DNA from: a virus
Taxonomy: Duplodnaviria > Caudoviricetes
Strand: one strand, 5' to 3'
Virus record (IMG/VR): IMGVR_UViG_3300030090_004814
Coordinates: 1 to 60,507 of that record
DNA length: 60,507 bases
Each line of letters starts with the position of its first letter. The first letter of the stretch is position 1. Below the pieces are notes generated by a model that saw nothing but the letters and a program-made list of their open reading frames with translations, had not been told where the DNA came from and did not search any database. Of the stretch, positions 20,311-29,627 are shown one piece after another. The position numbers were made by a program, and so were the translations under genes.

Positions 20311-20499
20311 TCAAGAGAAAGTGATTACTTATTTTTGTAAAAACTACCATTTCTGAGCCACAAAATAACCATTCTGAAAAAAGAGCCATTTAGAGCCATT
20401 TTAATTAATTGTTTGTTTTTTGAGCTAATTCCAGCCCTCTCATATGACGAAAATTTTTTCATATAAGGTATATATGTATAGCGAGCTTCGCAGAAAAAT

Positions 20500-20532
20500 C
20501 CTGGCCTCCAGGGTGGGGGTACCCCCTGGCCG
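20500..20532. other. GC-rich palindrome at strand switch (candidate pac/terminus site)
   Basis: GGGGGTACCCCC at 20515-20526 in AT-rich DNA between divergent late and early blocks. Confidence 0.4.
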
Positions 20533-20908
20533 TGCTAAGTTGATTCCTGGTCCATGATCCCCTAACACTTTACTACACTAACACTTGTCAAATGGATCAA
20601 GACTCAATGCTCAATGGCTATAATTTCACAAATTAAATAAATCGATCTTTTTTTATGGATTTGAGAAATTGCTTTTTTGATTGCAAGCTAATAATAAAAA
20701 AAGTGAAATAATGATAATATAATTATAAAAGGCTATTTTCTCAATATGCCTATAATGGCCCATATTTAGCTTATATGACCTTTGAACTATGATTCAGTGG
20801 TTTTATACCCTCTGAGCATTTAAAGAAAAAACCCTATTTTTATAGGGTGAAAATAGTATAAAATTAGTGCTTTTAATTTAGGGTATATGTGCTTTAATTG
20901 TAGGTATC

Positions 20909-21343
20909 ATGTTAAATCCTGATATAAAAACAGTCGGTGTCTCAATTGGGGCAAAAACCATAATTAAAAATGCTAACGATAAGAAAGAAGCTATTGATGC
21001 AATTACAGAGGCATTAAAAGAAAATACTTTTTTCTTACCAAACATTAACTCAAAAAATAGAGCTTATACGCAAGCTATATCACCCGATATTCAAAGCAAA
21101 ATTAACGATGCTAGATCTACAATTCTTGATCTCCAAACACAGTTTGGATCTGTTAAGTTTGGTAGATCATTACGTAAAGGTGAGCAAGATTTTATGAATC
21201 TTGAAATGTACAAAGCATGCAAAGCCTATGCATCTGATGATCAGATGGAGCAAGTTAATTTGTACTATGCTTGTGTTCCACTTGTAGAGGCAACAGCAAT
21301 AGACATTAAAGCATTAGCTTTGGCTATCTATAACGAGAAATAA
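20909..21343 (+). CDS. First early gene, hypothetical
   Basis: 144-aa ORF followed by terminator. Confidence 0.75.
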   Translation: MLNPDIKTVGVSIGAKTIIKNANDKKEAIDAITEALKENTFFLPNINSKNRAYTQAISPDIQSKINDARSTILDLQTQFGSVKFGRSLRKGEQDFMNLEMYKACKAYASDDQMEQVNLYYACVPLVEATAIDIKALALAIYNEK

Positions 21344-21368
21344 ACCCTTAAACCATATTAAAGCAATC

Positions 21369-21400
21369 GCCTCTAGGATTGATTTCCTAGGGGCTTTTGT
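21369..21400 (+). terminator. Intrinsic terminator
   Basis: GCCTCTAGGA/TCCTAGGGGC stem plus TTTTG. Confidence 0.65.
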
Positions 21401-22213
21401 GGTGTAAATGATAAGCGATTCAATAGCTTTTAGCGATAAGCCCTTAAAGGTTTCATATGGAGCTTTTAGGGGTTTATTTTGCTTTGTATCGTCAAAAGGA
21501 CTAATGCCTCGCAAGGGGTTTATTTGTGAAAATATGGACGGAATTTTGACAATGATATTCAAAGCATTAAGCCACAAAAGGCATTCAATATTGCTTTTAA
21601 AGGTTTCCTATATGGGGGCTTTTAGGGGTTTTAGGATCGTTAATTTGCCCTTACTAAATGAGGCTTATTTTAGGTCATTAAATCATTTAGAGGCTTTTAG
21701 GGGTAATAATTATTTAAATGTTTTTTATATAGTAGGGGTTTAAGTCATTCCTTTTGATTACTTGCCTAATGAGATAGCTATCTCATTACAGGATTTTTAC
21801 GTCCTGTAATCTCTGACAATTCTATTCAATAGCTATTGGTGCAAATCCTTAACTCGTTAATGATATATCAGATCCTTAGCAAGATTTGTAGCGCAAGACC
21901 TACGCCAAATGAGCGAACAAAATATATGGTAGAAGATTACACCATTGCATTAGAACGCATAATGCAATGCCTTAATCAGTAAAATTGGAAAAGGGAACAT
22001 ATGAGCATTGAAGTGTGAACTATGATCTATGATTCATGAGCTAATGAATCATGACGTTGTCCTACGTTCACATCGCTAAATGTACGACCTTATGAGAGTG
22101 TACTGTAATCAGTACAGAGCAGGACATTATTTTCACATAACCTGCACATCTCTTGAAATCATCACGACGATGGAGATGTGCAGTCATGTGGACGTAAACC
22201 ACAACGAAAGCAA

Positions 22214-22489
22214 ATGAGTATGTTAAAAGTTACATCGTACCCTGACAGGTATGATCATGCGACTACGTATAATATGAAGTCGATCACAGATCACCACCCC
22301 TATGCTGGTGATCATCACGCCAAGCACTCCCGCATTCATGCAGGGACTTATGGATTGGTTAGAATAAGAAAGAAGCCATCAGGCGATCTAAGTATATTCC
22401 CTACGAGCATCACTAGCACGGAGAGGAAAGAGGGACGCAGGTTCACAAGTAAGAAGAAACTAAAAGCAAGAGGGAGGAGAAAGAGATGA
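22214..22489 (+). CDS. Possible basic hypothetical protein overlapping the structured region
   Basis: ATG at 22214; stop overlaps an ATG (ATGA) for a 26-aa ORF at 22486-22566. Confidence 0.35.
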   Translation: MSMLKVTSYPDRYDHATTYNMKSITDHHPYAGDHHAKHSRIHAGTYGLVRIRKKPSGDLSIFPTSITSTERKEGRRFTSKKKLKARGRRKR

Positions 22490-22809
22490 GCAGGACAATA
22501 TCAGACAGGCTGGACGAAGGCGAAGAGGTAAGAGAGATTGAATTTACCAGTATAGATTTAACCTGAACAGCTTGGTGCATTGTTCAGAAATGCTAACGCA
22601 CCCACCCAATTCTAGAGGGATAACATTCTAGAGAACAGAAAGGCAAGCCATGAGATACGAATAAGACAGCCTCCTGGGCAAGAGATTAAACTGCCCTATA
22701 TTTTAAGTCTTCTATACTTCAATATTCAAGCTAAAGGTACAGGGATGCGTTGAATATTGAAGTATAGAGCATTTAAAAACGGCTCTATTTAACCTTAACC
22801 CATAAACAA

Positions 22810-23022
22810 ATGGATAGAGAAAGTATAAGAAAGTTTGAAAACACGACTAAGTTTTCAAGTGGAATCTTCAATAGAGGTATTGAAGTATTAAAGGAACACC
22901 ACGCCATGCACGGTAATTTTAAGTTACACAAGAAGCATGAGGATTCATTACGTTGGTGCATTGCCGACATGCGGAATGCCATCGCAAAAATAGAAGTGGA
23001 GATAGATGAACTCGCATCATAG
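22810..23022 (+). CDS. Early hypothetical protein
   Basis: 70 aa with A-rich leader. Confidence 0.65.
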   Translation: MDRESIRKFENTTKFSSGIFNRGIEVLKEHHAMHGNFKLHKKHEDSLRWCIADMRNAIAKIEVEIDELAS

Positions 23023-23036
23023 AGCAGTATAGATTT

Positions 23037-23213
23037 ATGTATAAAAATAAAAGGACTGTGCCTTTACACAGAAGACCAGTGCTTGATCTTATCAACAGTA
23101 AGACACCAAGCAACCAGGCAGATATATTATCTGCAAAGCAGGGGGATGAAAATCCCAGGAACAGCGGAAGTATTAACACCATGCGTAAAGCATTAAACTT
23201 GATAGGTGCATGA
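23037..23213 (+). CDS. Early hypothetical protein (58 aa)
   Basis: MYKNKRTVPL...; ATGA-coupled to next gene. Confidence 0.5.
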   Translation: MYKNKRTVPLHRRPVLDLINSKTPSNQADILSAKQGDENPRNSGSINTMRKALNLIGA

Positions 23214-23452
23214 AGAGATTACTAAGCGACACGTTCACCGTGTACTTACGCATGACGCTGATCAGTTTTGCATCAGCATTGTTTGTAGTGATGGGAGCTT
23301 TCATGCTAGGATTATCTGATAAGTTAATCCACAGATTGAGTTACTTCACGAATGAGGAGTTCCTAATCATATTCGTGATAGCTCCTATATCACTCACAAT
23401 ATTCTGGACATTCATGTGCAGGGTAAAGATCACAATAACTTTAAGAAAATAA
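23210..23452 (+). CDS. Early membrane protein (2 TM)
   Basis: Two hydrophobic segments. Confidence 0.6.
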   Translation: MKRLLSDTFTVYLRMTLISFASALFVVMGAFMLGLSDKLIHRLSYFTNEEFLIIFVIAPISLTIFWTFMCRVKITITLRK

Positions 23453-23490
23453 TTAACCATACCAAGACCTCGCAAGAGGCATTCATACAT

Positions 23491-23718
23491 ATGAAGAAAG
23501 CAACTGAAGGGACTCGTTCCCAGATTAAGAAAGCAACGTCCGTCAAGGACATCAAGCGGTTATACAATACTGCTAGAAGGAAAGAAGAGAATGGCGAATA
23601 TGATTTCGCTAGACCTGGCTACATTGACAGGCTGAAGGGATTAGCGGATAGACACATTGCCAAGCTGGTTGAAATCGAAGTGAAGCAGTTGAATATGAAA
23701 ACAAGGAGTGAGAAATGA
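23491..23718 (+). CDS. Early hypothetical protein
   Basis: Likely start MKKATEG; coupled to a 44-aa ORF at 23715-23849. Confidence 0.6.
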   Translation: MKKATEGTRSQIKKATSVKDIKRLYNTARRKEENGEYDFARPGYIDRLKGLADRHIAKLVEIEVKQLNMKTRSEK

Positions 23719-23836
23719 GTAGACATTATTCAGAGGTAAATGAGGAGGCAGAACACCTTGAGGATGTGAAGAAAACATTATGGCGTAAGTACCTTAACAG
23801 GGAACTGTATGTCAAGAAAGGTAAGAGGTTTGTAAG

Positions 23837-24058
23837 ATGGGAAGGGTAGAGTATAAGAGGATTGAGGGCTATGAAAGACTAGCAGATGAGTTCGTTGACT
23901 ACCTGATTGAGTACTACCATTTTCAGAGTACTCCATCAGAGCATCTGTATTACAGATTAGTTGATGAACTAATTGAAAGAGGCATCATCAAAAGAGAAAC
24001 TTATGATGAGAAGAATGGCAGGGTTTTCTATGTTAGGATGCCCGCCCCACTAAAATAA
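23837..24058 (+). CDS. Early hypothetical protein (wHTH-like)
   Basis: LVDELIERGIIKR..GRVFY resembles a winged-helix wing. Confidence 0.55.
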   Translation: MGRVEYKRIEGYERLADEFVDYLIEYYHFQSTPSEHLYYRLVDELIERGIIKRETYDEKNGRVFYVRMPAPLK

Positions 24059-24070
24059 ACTAAACAATAG

Positions 24071-24120
24071 CAAGGCAACCTGATCCATGAACTCTGAATC
24101 ATGGACGGGTTGCCTTGTTT
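24071..24120 (+). terminator. Intergenic hairpin (terminator or processing site)
   Basis: CAAGGCAACC..TCCATGA/TCATGGA..GGTTGCCTTG followed by TTT. Confidence 0.6.
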
Positions 24121-24147
24121 CATTTAAACAAAGAAATAAAAAGTAAA

Positions 24148-24522
24148 ATGATTGCAGCAAATGAATGGCGTAAGAATCGCAAAGTAGGTTTTGAAATAAC
24201 CGATAGGTTAGAAGAACCTGGCTTTTATATGAAGTTTGAGAATGGCTTCATGGTATCCGTGCAGTGGAGTTCAATTAATTATGGGGACCACTATGCTACA
24301 GGAAAGAAGTTACCTGAAGAGGTGAGTTATTCACTTGAAGTAGAGATAGCTATCATCAATCCAGAAGGTGAGCTTATGGAAATCAATGCCGTAGATGATT
24401 CAGTAGTGGCTTACATAGGAGCAGATGAAGTAGCGGAGTACATGCACAGGGTATCTAATTTGAGGTATCACCGTGTAACAGGAAAGGTTATAGATCCGAC
24501 TAATCTTTTTTCCAAACAGTAA
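24148..24522 (+). CDS. Early hypothetical protein
   Basis: F.M.FENG..VSVQW...Y...EIAI motif seen in phage early proteins. Confidence 0.65.
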   Translation: MIAANEWRKNRKVGFEITDRLEEPGFYMKFENGFMVSVQWSSINYGDHYATGKKLPEEVSYSLEVEIAIINPEGELMEINAVDDSVVAYIGADEVAEYMHRVSNLRYHRVTGKVIDPTNLFSKQ

Positions 24523-24533
24523 TAAAAAATAAG

Positions 24534-24671
24534 ATGAGCCAAAAAATATATAAGATCACTTGCAAAGTTTGTGGTCATCATGATTACGTCGGGCACTTAG
24601 ATTGGCATGCCATTAAATGCCAAGGTTGTCTTCAATACATTGAACAAAAAAAGTTCAAGATAGATAAGTAA
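24534..24671 (+). CDS. Small zinc-ribbon protein (45 aa)
   Basis: MSQKIYKITCKVCG...CQGC; below the ORF-track cutoff. Confidence 0.55.
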   Translation: MSQKIYKITCKVCGHHDYVGHLDWHAIKCQGCLQYIEQKKFKIDK

Positions 24672-24679
24672 CAAATTAC

Positions 24680-24708
24680 TAGACAAATAATAGTAATTAA
24701 AGTATAAC
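24680..24708 (+). promoter_or_regulatory. sigma70-like promoter
   Basis: TAGACA-17-TATAAC. Confidence 0.5.
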
Positions 24709-24769
24709 AATTTCCCTGGTGTACGTTTCACCAGACGAAAGCATAACTAAAACAGAAGAAAATAATACT

Positions 24770-25897
24770 ATGGTAACACCAAGTAATGTATCATCAGATG
24801 ATACACAAGTAGTAGAGCCTGATACAGGCTATCACACACTCGACAGAGTGAATGTAAAAGGAGCTAAAGAAGATTACGTACATAGGTTACGTGACTTATC
24901 CTTTGGCTATAATCACGACGCTAAGTCGTATATGATAATCCTACCTAATAATGGTAGACCTGTTATAAGTAACAAGCGGTTCACGACTGATCTTCTCACG
25001 GAGATTGGTGGCAATGGACTCGTCCGTTATGGTAGAATGCTACACTCAACAGGTCAGCTTGATCTCCTCTTGAGGAATGTCCATGAGCAATTGGACAGGA
25101 CCGACAAGAAGATGTTAATCAGGACTAAGCAAAGGACTGACATCGAGAGTGTACTGCCAACCTTTGAAGCCAGGGCACTGCTGTCTACAAAGTACAAGCG
25201 GTTAGATAACGATGTGTTATTCCCACTTATTGATGGTGTGCTTGAACAGCTGGACTTCAAGATGAAGTTCTTAGGTGGACGTAATGACGGTGTCATTACT
25301 CATGCTAGGTTCATCAGTGAAGAGGCTGTGTATGAGAAAGGTGATCGTAAGATGTACTTAGGCTTTCAAGTCAGGACATCAGAAGTCGGTGCATCAGGAT
25401 TGTACATTGAGTTCTTTATCTGCGATGCATACTGTGACAATGGTATGGTCTTCGGCAGACAGGACTTAGAACTAGGAGAGTTCTACATGAAGCACTTGGG
25501 CAGGGCTGTCATAGGGACAGGGCTAAAGCCTCAACGTGAACCACGTTATGAGGATATCCGAAACGTACAGAATCATTTGGTTAGGATGTTCCAATTCGAT
25601 AACATCCAAATGATTCGTAACATGTTGGAGCTTTCATTCGAGAGAACCTTTGACGGGGATGCTGATGATATCATCGACAAGTTTGGTAGACATTACAGCC
25701 TCAGTAAAGAGGAGATTGATCTCGCCAAAGAGGAGTTCAAACCACATGAGCGTCATGCTTATGGTATACAAGCTGCATTCACAGCAGCAGCACAAAGGGT
25801 AGAAACCTTTGACAGGAGAGCAGAGCTTGACCGCATTGGTGGTAGGATTGTCGAGCAGACAGAGGATCAGTGGAACAAGTTAGTATTGGCTGCATAA
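24770..25897 (+). CDS. DUF932-like protein
   Basis: RALLSTKYKRLDN...SEVG...C.NGMV...H.G pattern. Confidence 0.7.
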   Translation: MVTPSNVSSDDTQVVEPDTGYHTLDRVNVKGAKEDYVHRLRDLSFGYNHDAKSYMIILPNNGRPVISNKRFTTDLLTEIGGNGLVRYGRMLHSTGQLDLLLRNVHEQLDRTDKKMLIRTKQRTDIESVLPTFEARALLSTKYKRLDNDVLFPLIDGVLEQLDFKMKFLGGRNDGVITHARFISEEAVYEKGDRKMYLGFQVRTSEVGASGLYIEFFICDAYCDNGMVFGRQDLELGEFYMKHLGRAVIGTGLKPQREPRYEDIRNVQNHLVRMFQFDNIQMIRNMLELSFERTFDGDADDIIDKFGRHYSLSKEEIDLAKEEFKPHERHAYGIQAAFTAAAQRVETFDRRAELDRIGGRIVEQTEDQWNKLVLAA

Positions 25898-25915
25898 CTA
25901 GAAGCAAACAAACTT

Positions 25916-25954
25916 ACACAGAACCCTATGCAGTCTAGGGTTCTGTGTTTTTTA
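25916..25954 (+). terminator. Intrinsic terminator
   Basis: ACACAGAACCCTA/TAGGGTTCTGTGT plus T tract. Confidence 0.8.
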
Positions 25955-25956
25955 TT

Positions 25957-26151
25957 ATGATAGACATAGATAGAATAGATGTCGCAATCCGTGCATTGGG
26001 AGATCTAGAATCACAAATAAGATACATGCAAGTAGTTCCAGCTGAAAGGCTAGAAAGAAAACTTGCTATTGAAAACATAAGAGAAGTACAAGACATCTTG
26101 TGCAAAGTAAAAATAGGAGCAAAGAAACATGCCAAATCACACACAAATTAA
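25957..26151 (+). CDS. Hypothetical protein
   Basis: MIDIDRID...; overlaps next gene. Confidence 0.55.
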   Translation: MIDIDRIDVAIRALGDLESQIRYMQVVPAERLERKLAIENIREVQDILCKVKIGAKKHAKSHTN

Positions 26152-26752
26152 ACTAAGTGTAAAGAAGAAAGGAAGCGGTAAGTACGCTAACTCAAAGAAG
26201 ATAGACGTACTTGACGCACCACCTGCTATGGCAGGAGATAGGATGGCAGCCTTGTTATCAAGGTTTACCTTCCAAAAGATAGTACCAATGCCTGACTACC
26301 ATGAAGACTATGGTGGCAGGTTGGATACAACTAAGCCTACTTCAGCCAGGCTGAGTGATGAGCCTAGTAGTAATGACTGGTACAGTTGGAGGTTAGACCA
26401 TTGGGATACTAAATGGGATGCCTATGATGTATACAGTGGTGTTGATACTTATAATGAAGATGAAACTATCAACCTGTACAAATCAGGCGGGCATTTTACA
26501 ACTGCCTGGGCACCTCCATACAGAGTCATCCACAAGATGCAGATGCTTTTCCCAGACTTTGAGATAAGTATGAAGTACCTTGATGAGGGTTACATGTTCG
26601 CAGGACAAATGTTCTCGAATGGTGAAGTAGTTGAGGCATCAGATAGAAGTAGCACACTGTTTGAAGTTATTGAGAAAGCCTACACCTTAGACTTTATCAG
26701 TGACGAGGAGAGGCACGAGATGCACAAAGAGAATGAGGAGGTAGGCGGATGA
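26129..26752 (+). CDS. YubB/DUF1281-like ferredoxin-fold protein
   Basis: WY.WR...W.TKWDA and F.TAWAPP...Y.DEG..FAG. Confidence 0.75.
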   Translation: MPNHTQIKLSVKKKGSGKYANSKKIDVLDAPPAMAGDRMAALLSRFTFQKIVPMPDYHEDYGGRLDTTKPTSARLSDEPSSNDWYSWRLDHWDTKWDAYDVYSGVDTYNEDETINLYKSGGHFTTAWAPPYRVIHKMQMLFPDFEISMKYLDEGYMFAGQMFSNGEVVEASDRSSTLFEVIEKAYTLDFISDEERHEMHKENEEVGG

Positions 26753-26988
26753 AAGCTGAAGACCCTTTAGAAGTTAGCAAGCGACTAGTTAAAGTAGTTA
26801 ATGATCCAGAAAAACAAAAGTTGATGGATGATGCTTACGAGCTAGTCACTGATCTTATTGACACTCGCCTCTCTGACTTAGGTGCAAGACCTGACGAAGA
26901 ACGAGACGAAGGCACGGAATATGAAGAGCAACTATTAGAAGTTGCTTTGAACATTCTTTCACAGAAATCAATCACTGTCATACTATGA
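26749..26988 (+). CDS. Hypothetical protein
   Basis: ATGA-coupled ORF. Confidence 0.6.
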   Translation: MKAEDPLEVSKRLVKVVNDPEKQKLMDDAYELVTDLIDTRLSDLGARPDEERDEGTEYEEQLLEVALNILSQKSITVIL

Positions 26989-27096
26989 CAATAAAACAGA
27001 TTCATGAACTCATGGACGATGGTCCACGAGCTTATGCTACATGGAAGCTAGAAGATCTAAAGAGACTTCTAGATAAACTAAAAGAACAAGAAGAAA

Positions 27097-27618
27097 ATGA
27101 AAGTAGAGCTGAAGAGCATACAATACTGCGAGGCGTTAAGCCAAGAAACACCTGCCTTTAGTGGCAAGGTATATGTCAACGGAAGACATGTCGGTCAAGC
27201 TGAGAATGCTGGACACGGAGGACCTACAGATGTGCGAGTCGCATGGAAAGGTAAACGAGATCCTGAAACTGACTATCCTGTTTGCGAGGACAAGGACAAG
27301 AAAGTTATAAAGGATCTGCACAAGTGGGCAAAGAAGCACCACCAATTCGGAATCGAAGAACTAATAGAAGATCTCCTGTATGATGAGTTACATTGGAGAG
27401 ACTTCCAAAAGCTAAAGAGAAATAAGTTGGTGTACCTTCAGGATGGTAAGATATGGTCTGCCACCAAAGGCAGTTTAACTTCTGAACACATCAAGTCTGG
27501 TAAAGCAGAGGAAGTACTGAAGGCAGCAAGTTGGTGGAAGGACAGCAATGTTTTTCTTAACAACATTACAAGATCTGAGTTCTTGGAGAAGTATCTAACA
27601 GCTTACAAGGGGGAGTAG
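27097..27618 (+). CDS. Conserved phage hypothetical protein
   Basis: S.ET..F...YVNG......N.G.GG motif. Confidence 0.7.
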   Translation: MKVELKSIQYCEALSQETPAFSGKVYVNGRHVGQAENAGHGGPTDVRVAWKGKRDPETDYPVCEDKDKKVIKDLHKWAKKHHQFGIEELIEDLLYDELHWRDFQKLKRNKLVYLQDGKIWSATKGSLTSEHIKSGKAEEVLKAASWWKDSNVFLNNITRSEFLEKYLTAYKGE

Positions 27619-27620
27619 TT

Positions 27621-27800
27621 ATGAAATATGATTACAAGATATTTGTAGAAACGAACGGATGTTGTTCCCGTGAAACCATTAATTATTTATTTGAGTGGTA
27701 TAACGGAACAGAGGAAACAACTATTGCTGTTTCCTTACACGCTGCAATAAAACTTGCTGAAACCTTTGAAGGTTTTGGCTACAAAAGAAAGGAAAAATAA
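27621..27800 (+). CDS. Hypothetical protein (59 aa)
   Basis: MKYDYKIF...; fills the gap between neighbours. Confidence 0.5.
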   Translation: MKYDYKIFVETNGCCSRETINYLFEWYNGTEETTIAVSLHAAIKLAETFEGFGYKRKEK

Positions 27801-27801
27801 A

Positions 27802-28461
27802 ATGGGATATACACACTATTGGTATACCAAAAAAGAGATACCCGCTGATAAGTGGGATGCATTCACCAATGACTGTAAAGAGTTGTTGGATTCAGATGCT
27901 GCTGAAGGCATAGTCTGGAGTAGGAAAGATAAGATCTTCCCTTACATTACAGATGAGTACTGTACCTTTGACGGCATAGGTAACAATGGACATGAGACTT
28001 TTTCCATGTCTAGAAATCGTGGACGACGAGAGTCTGATGGCGAGAGCTTTGACTGCTGTAAGACAGCACAGAAACCATATGATAAGTATGTGGTTGACGT
28101 TCTGATACTCGCAGAAAAACACTTCGGTGATTTGATACGGGTAAAGAGTGACGGTCACTGGCCTGATGTAAAGAGGGATAGAGAGCATGAGAAGTTACAG
28201 AATCACATGTTCGATGTAGCCTTTACAGTTGAGTCAACTAACAAGGCTGAAGATGTAACGAACGAGGAGATACTCAAAGCATTAGCAAAGCGATGGGCTT
28301 CTCTTTGCCAAGAGTTTAAAGATGACTTACACAAACCATATGGTGAAGCCTTTGGTTACAGTGATTCATATGATGTTAGAGAGGATAAAACAGAACCTGC
28401 ACTCAACCACATGTTTGGTGATGTGCCTAAAGACCTTGATAAATTAAGGATTAAGAAATAA
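27802..28461 (+). CDS. Conserved phage hypothetical protein
   Basis: MGYTHYW...HETF...CKT..KPYD...SDG. Confidence 0.7.
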   Translation: MGYTHYWYTKKEIPADKWDAFTNDCKELLDSDAAEGIVWSRKDKIFPYITDEYCTFDGIGNNGHETFSMSRNRGRRESDGESFDCCKTAQKPYDKYVVDVLILAEKHFGDLIRVKSDGHWPDVKRDREHEKLQNHMFDVAFTVESTNKAEDVTNEEILKALAKRWASLCQEFKDDLHKPYGEAFGYSDSYDVREDKTEPALNHMFGDVPKDLDKLRIKK

Positions 28462-28465
28462 TCTT

Positions 28466-29305
28466 ATGAACAGAAAGCAACTAATGCAGTTTGCACAGAT
28501 GGTGCAGACTGAAAAGAAAGCCTGGCGATTACAACAATGGCTAGACGAAAACGTCCTTGGGGACATCACAAAGGTTGGAACGTGGGCTTATCACGCCCAC
28601 AAGTTTCAACGCTTTTTAGATACAGGTAAACCAGAGTTCTCTGTGTTTGCAGATGGTAACAAGAAGTTATCCTTCAAAGCATGGTCAGTGCTTCCACTAG
28701 TCACTTGTCCTGGTGCAGGAGCATGTGCTAAGTTTTGTTACTCATTCAAAGCATGGCGGTATCCAGCTGCATTCTTCAGACAGGCACAGAACTTATGGCT
28801 CCTGAACTATGAACCCTGCACAGGGATCATTGAAGAGGAATGGATGAAACTTCCTCAAGGCATTACAGTTCGACTGTATGTTGATGGGGACATTCATGAT
28901 CTCAATACTCTAGCCTTTTGGTTCCTGATGTTAGAACAAAGACCTGACATCAAGGCGTATGGGTATAGCAAGAGTTGGGACTTGTTTCTTAGGTGGCATG
29001 AGTTGGGTCAGCCATTCCCACCTAACTACAAACTCAACCTGTCTAGTGACAGTCGCTATAGTGAAGGTAAGCGTAGGCAGATGAAGGAGTTGCCTTGTAC
29101 AAGAGGAGACTTCCTTACTGTAGCTATCGACAAGCTTGCTGCAAAAGCAGGGTTCAAGACAAGAGAATACAAGAAAGCAGTGCGTAATGCAGTAGGCAAG
29201 CGAGTGTTTGTCTGCCCAGGCACATGTGACACATGCACCCCGCAAGGCCATGCCTGTGGATTGGATTCATTTAAGAACGTGCCAATAGCAATTGGCCTCC
29301 ATTAA
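28466..29305 (+). CDS. GP88-like Fe-S (radical-SAM-related) protein
   Basis: TCPGAGACAKFCY, RLYVDGD, YGYSK, C-terminal CPG.C..C....C. Confidence 0.7.
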   Translation: MNRKQLMQFAQMVQTEKKAWRLQQWLDENVLGDITKVGTWAYHAHKFQRFLDTGKPEFSVFADGNKKLSFKAWSVLPLVTCPGAGACAKFCYSFKAWRYPAAFFRQAQNLWLLNYEPCTGIIEEEWMKLPQGITVRLYVDGDIHDLNTLAFWFLMLEQRPDIKAYGYSKSWDLFLRWHELGQPFPPNYKLNLSSDSRYSEGKRRQMKELPCTRGDFLTVAIDKLAAKAGFKTREYKKAVRNAVGKRVFVCPGTCDTCTPQGHACGLDSFKNVPIAIGLH

Positions 29306-29306
29306 C

Positions 29307-29597
29307 ATGACAAAGAAACGAAACTTAAAACAGATCCTTGATGACTTCGTCCAAGCGTTCCCACAACACGGAGAAACGTATGAGGATATCACCGCCTTAC
29401 TAGTTAAGCTAGATGAGGAATTGAGTAAGCCTGATGACACACAGAGAATGATTACTAGCACCTTAGGTCAAGTGATCATTCTTCTAACTGGATTCATCAC
29501 AGAACATCCGAACTTCTTGGAAGCAACCACTGATGTGGATGTTGCGAGGAGTATATTACAAACCTTAAAAGATAAGTTGGAAGCTAGTAATAGTTGA
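29307..29597 (+). CDS. Hypothetical protein
   Basis: Helical ORF. Confidence 0.6.
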   Translation: MTKKRNLKQILDDFVQAFPQHGETYEDITALLVKLDEELSKPDDTQRMITSTLGQVIILLTGFITEHPNFLEATTDVDVARSILQTLKDKLEASNS

Positions 29598-29622
29598 CAA
29601 ATAGTATAAAATTAATAATAAT
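29594..29622 (+). promoter_or_regulatory. sigma70-like promoter
   Basis: TTGACA then a TAATAAT-like -10 region just before ATG 29628. Confidence 0.5.
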
Positions 29623-29627
29623 AAATT

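Larger units (their letters stand above)
21369..22770 (+). ncRNA. Candidate large structured non-coding RNA/leader
   Basis: More than 20 closely spaced stem-loops, many with + strand-only G-U pairs and a GCAA tetraloop; little credible coding. Confidence 0.45.

Noticed and set aside
21314-21743. ORFs 21314-21577 (-) and 21408-21743 (+)
   Set aside because: They overlie a terminator and the hairpin array, and their repetitive peptides (GAFRG) simply reflect the DNA motif
21820-21860. GGTGCAAATCC as a tRNA T-arm
   Set aside because: No acceptor, D or anticodon arms could be built around it
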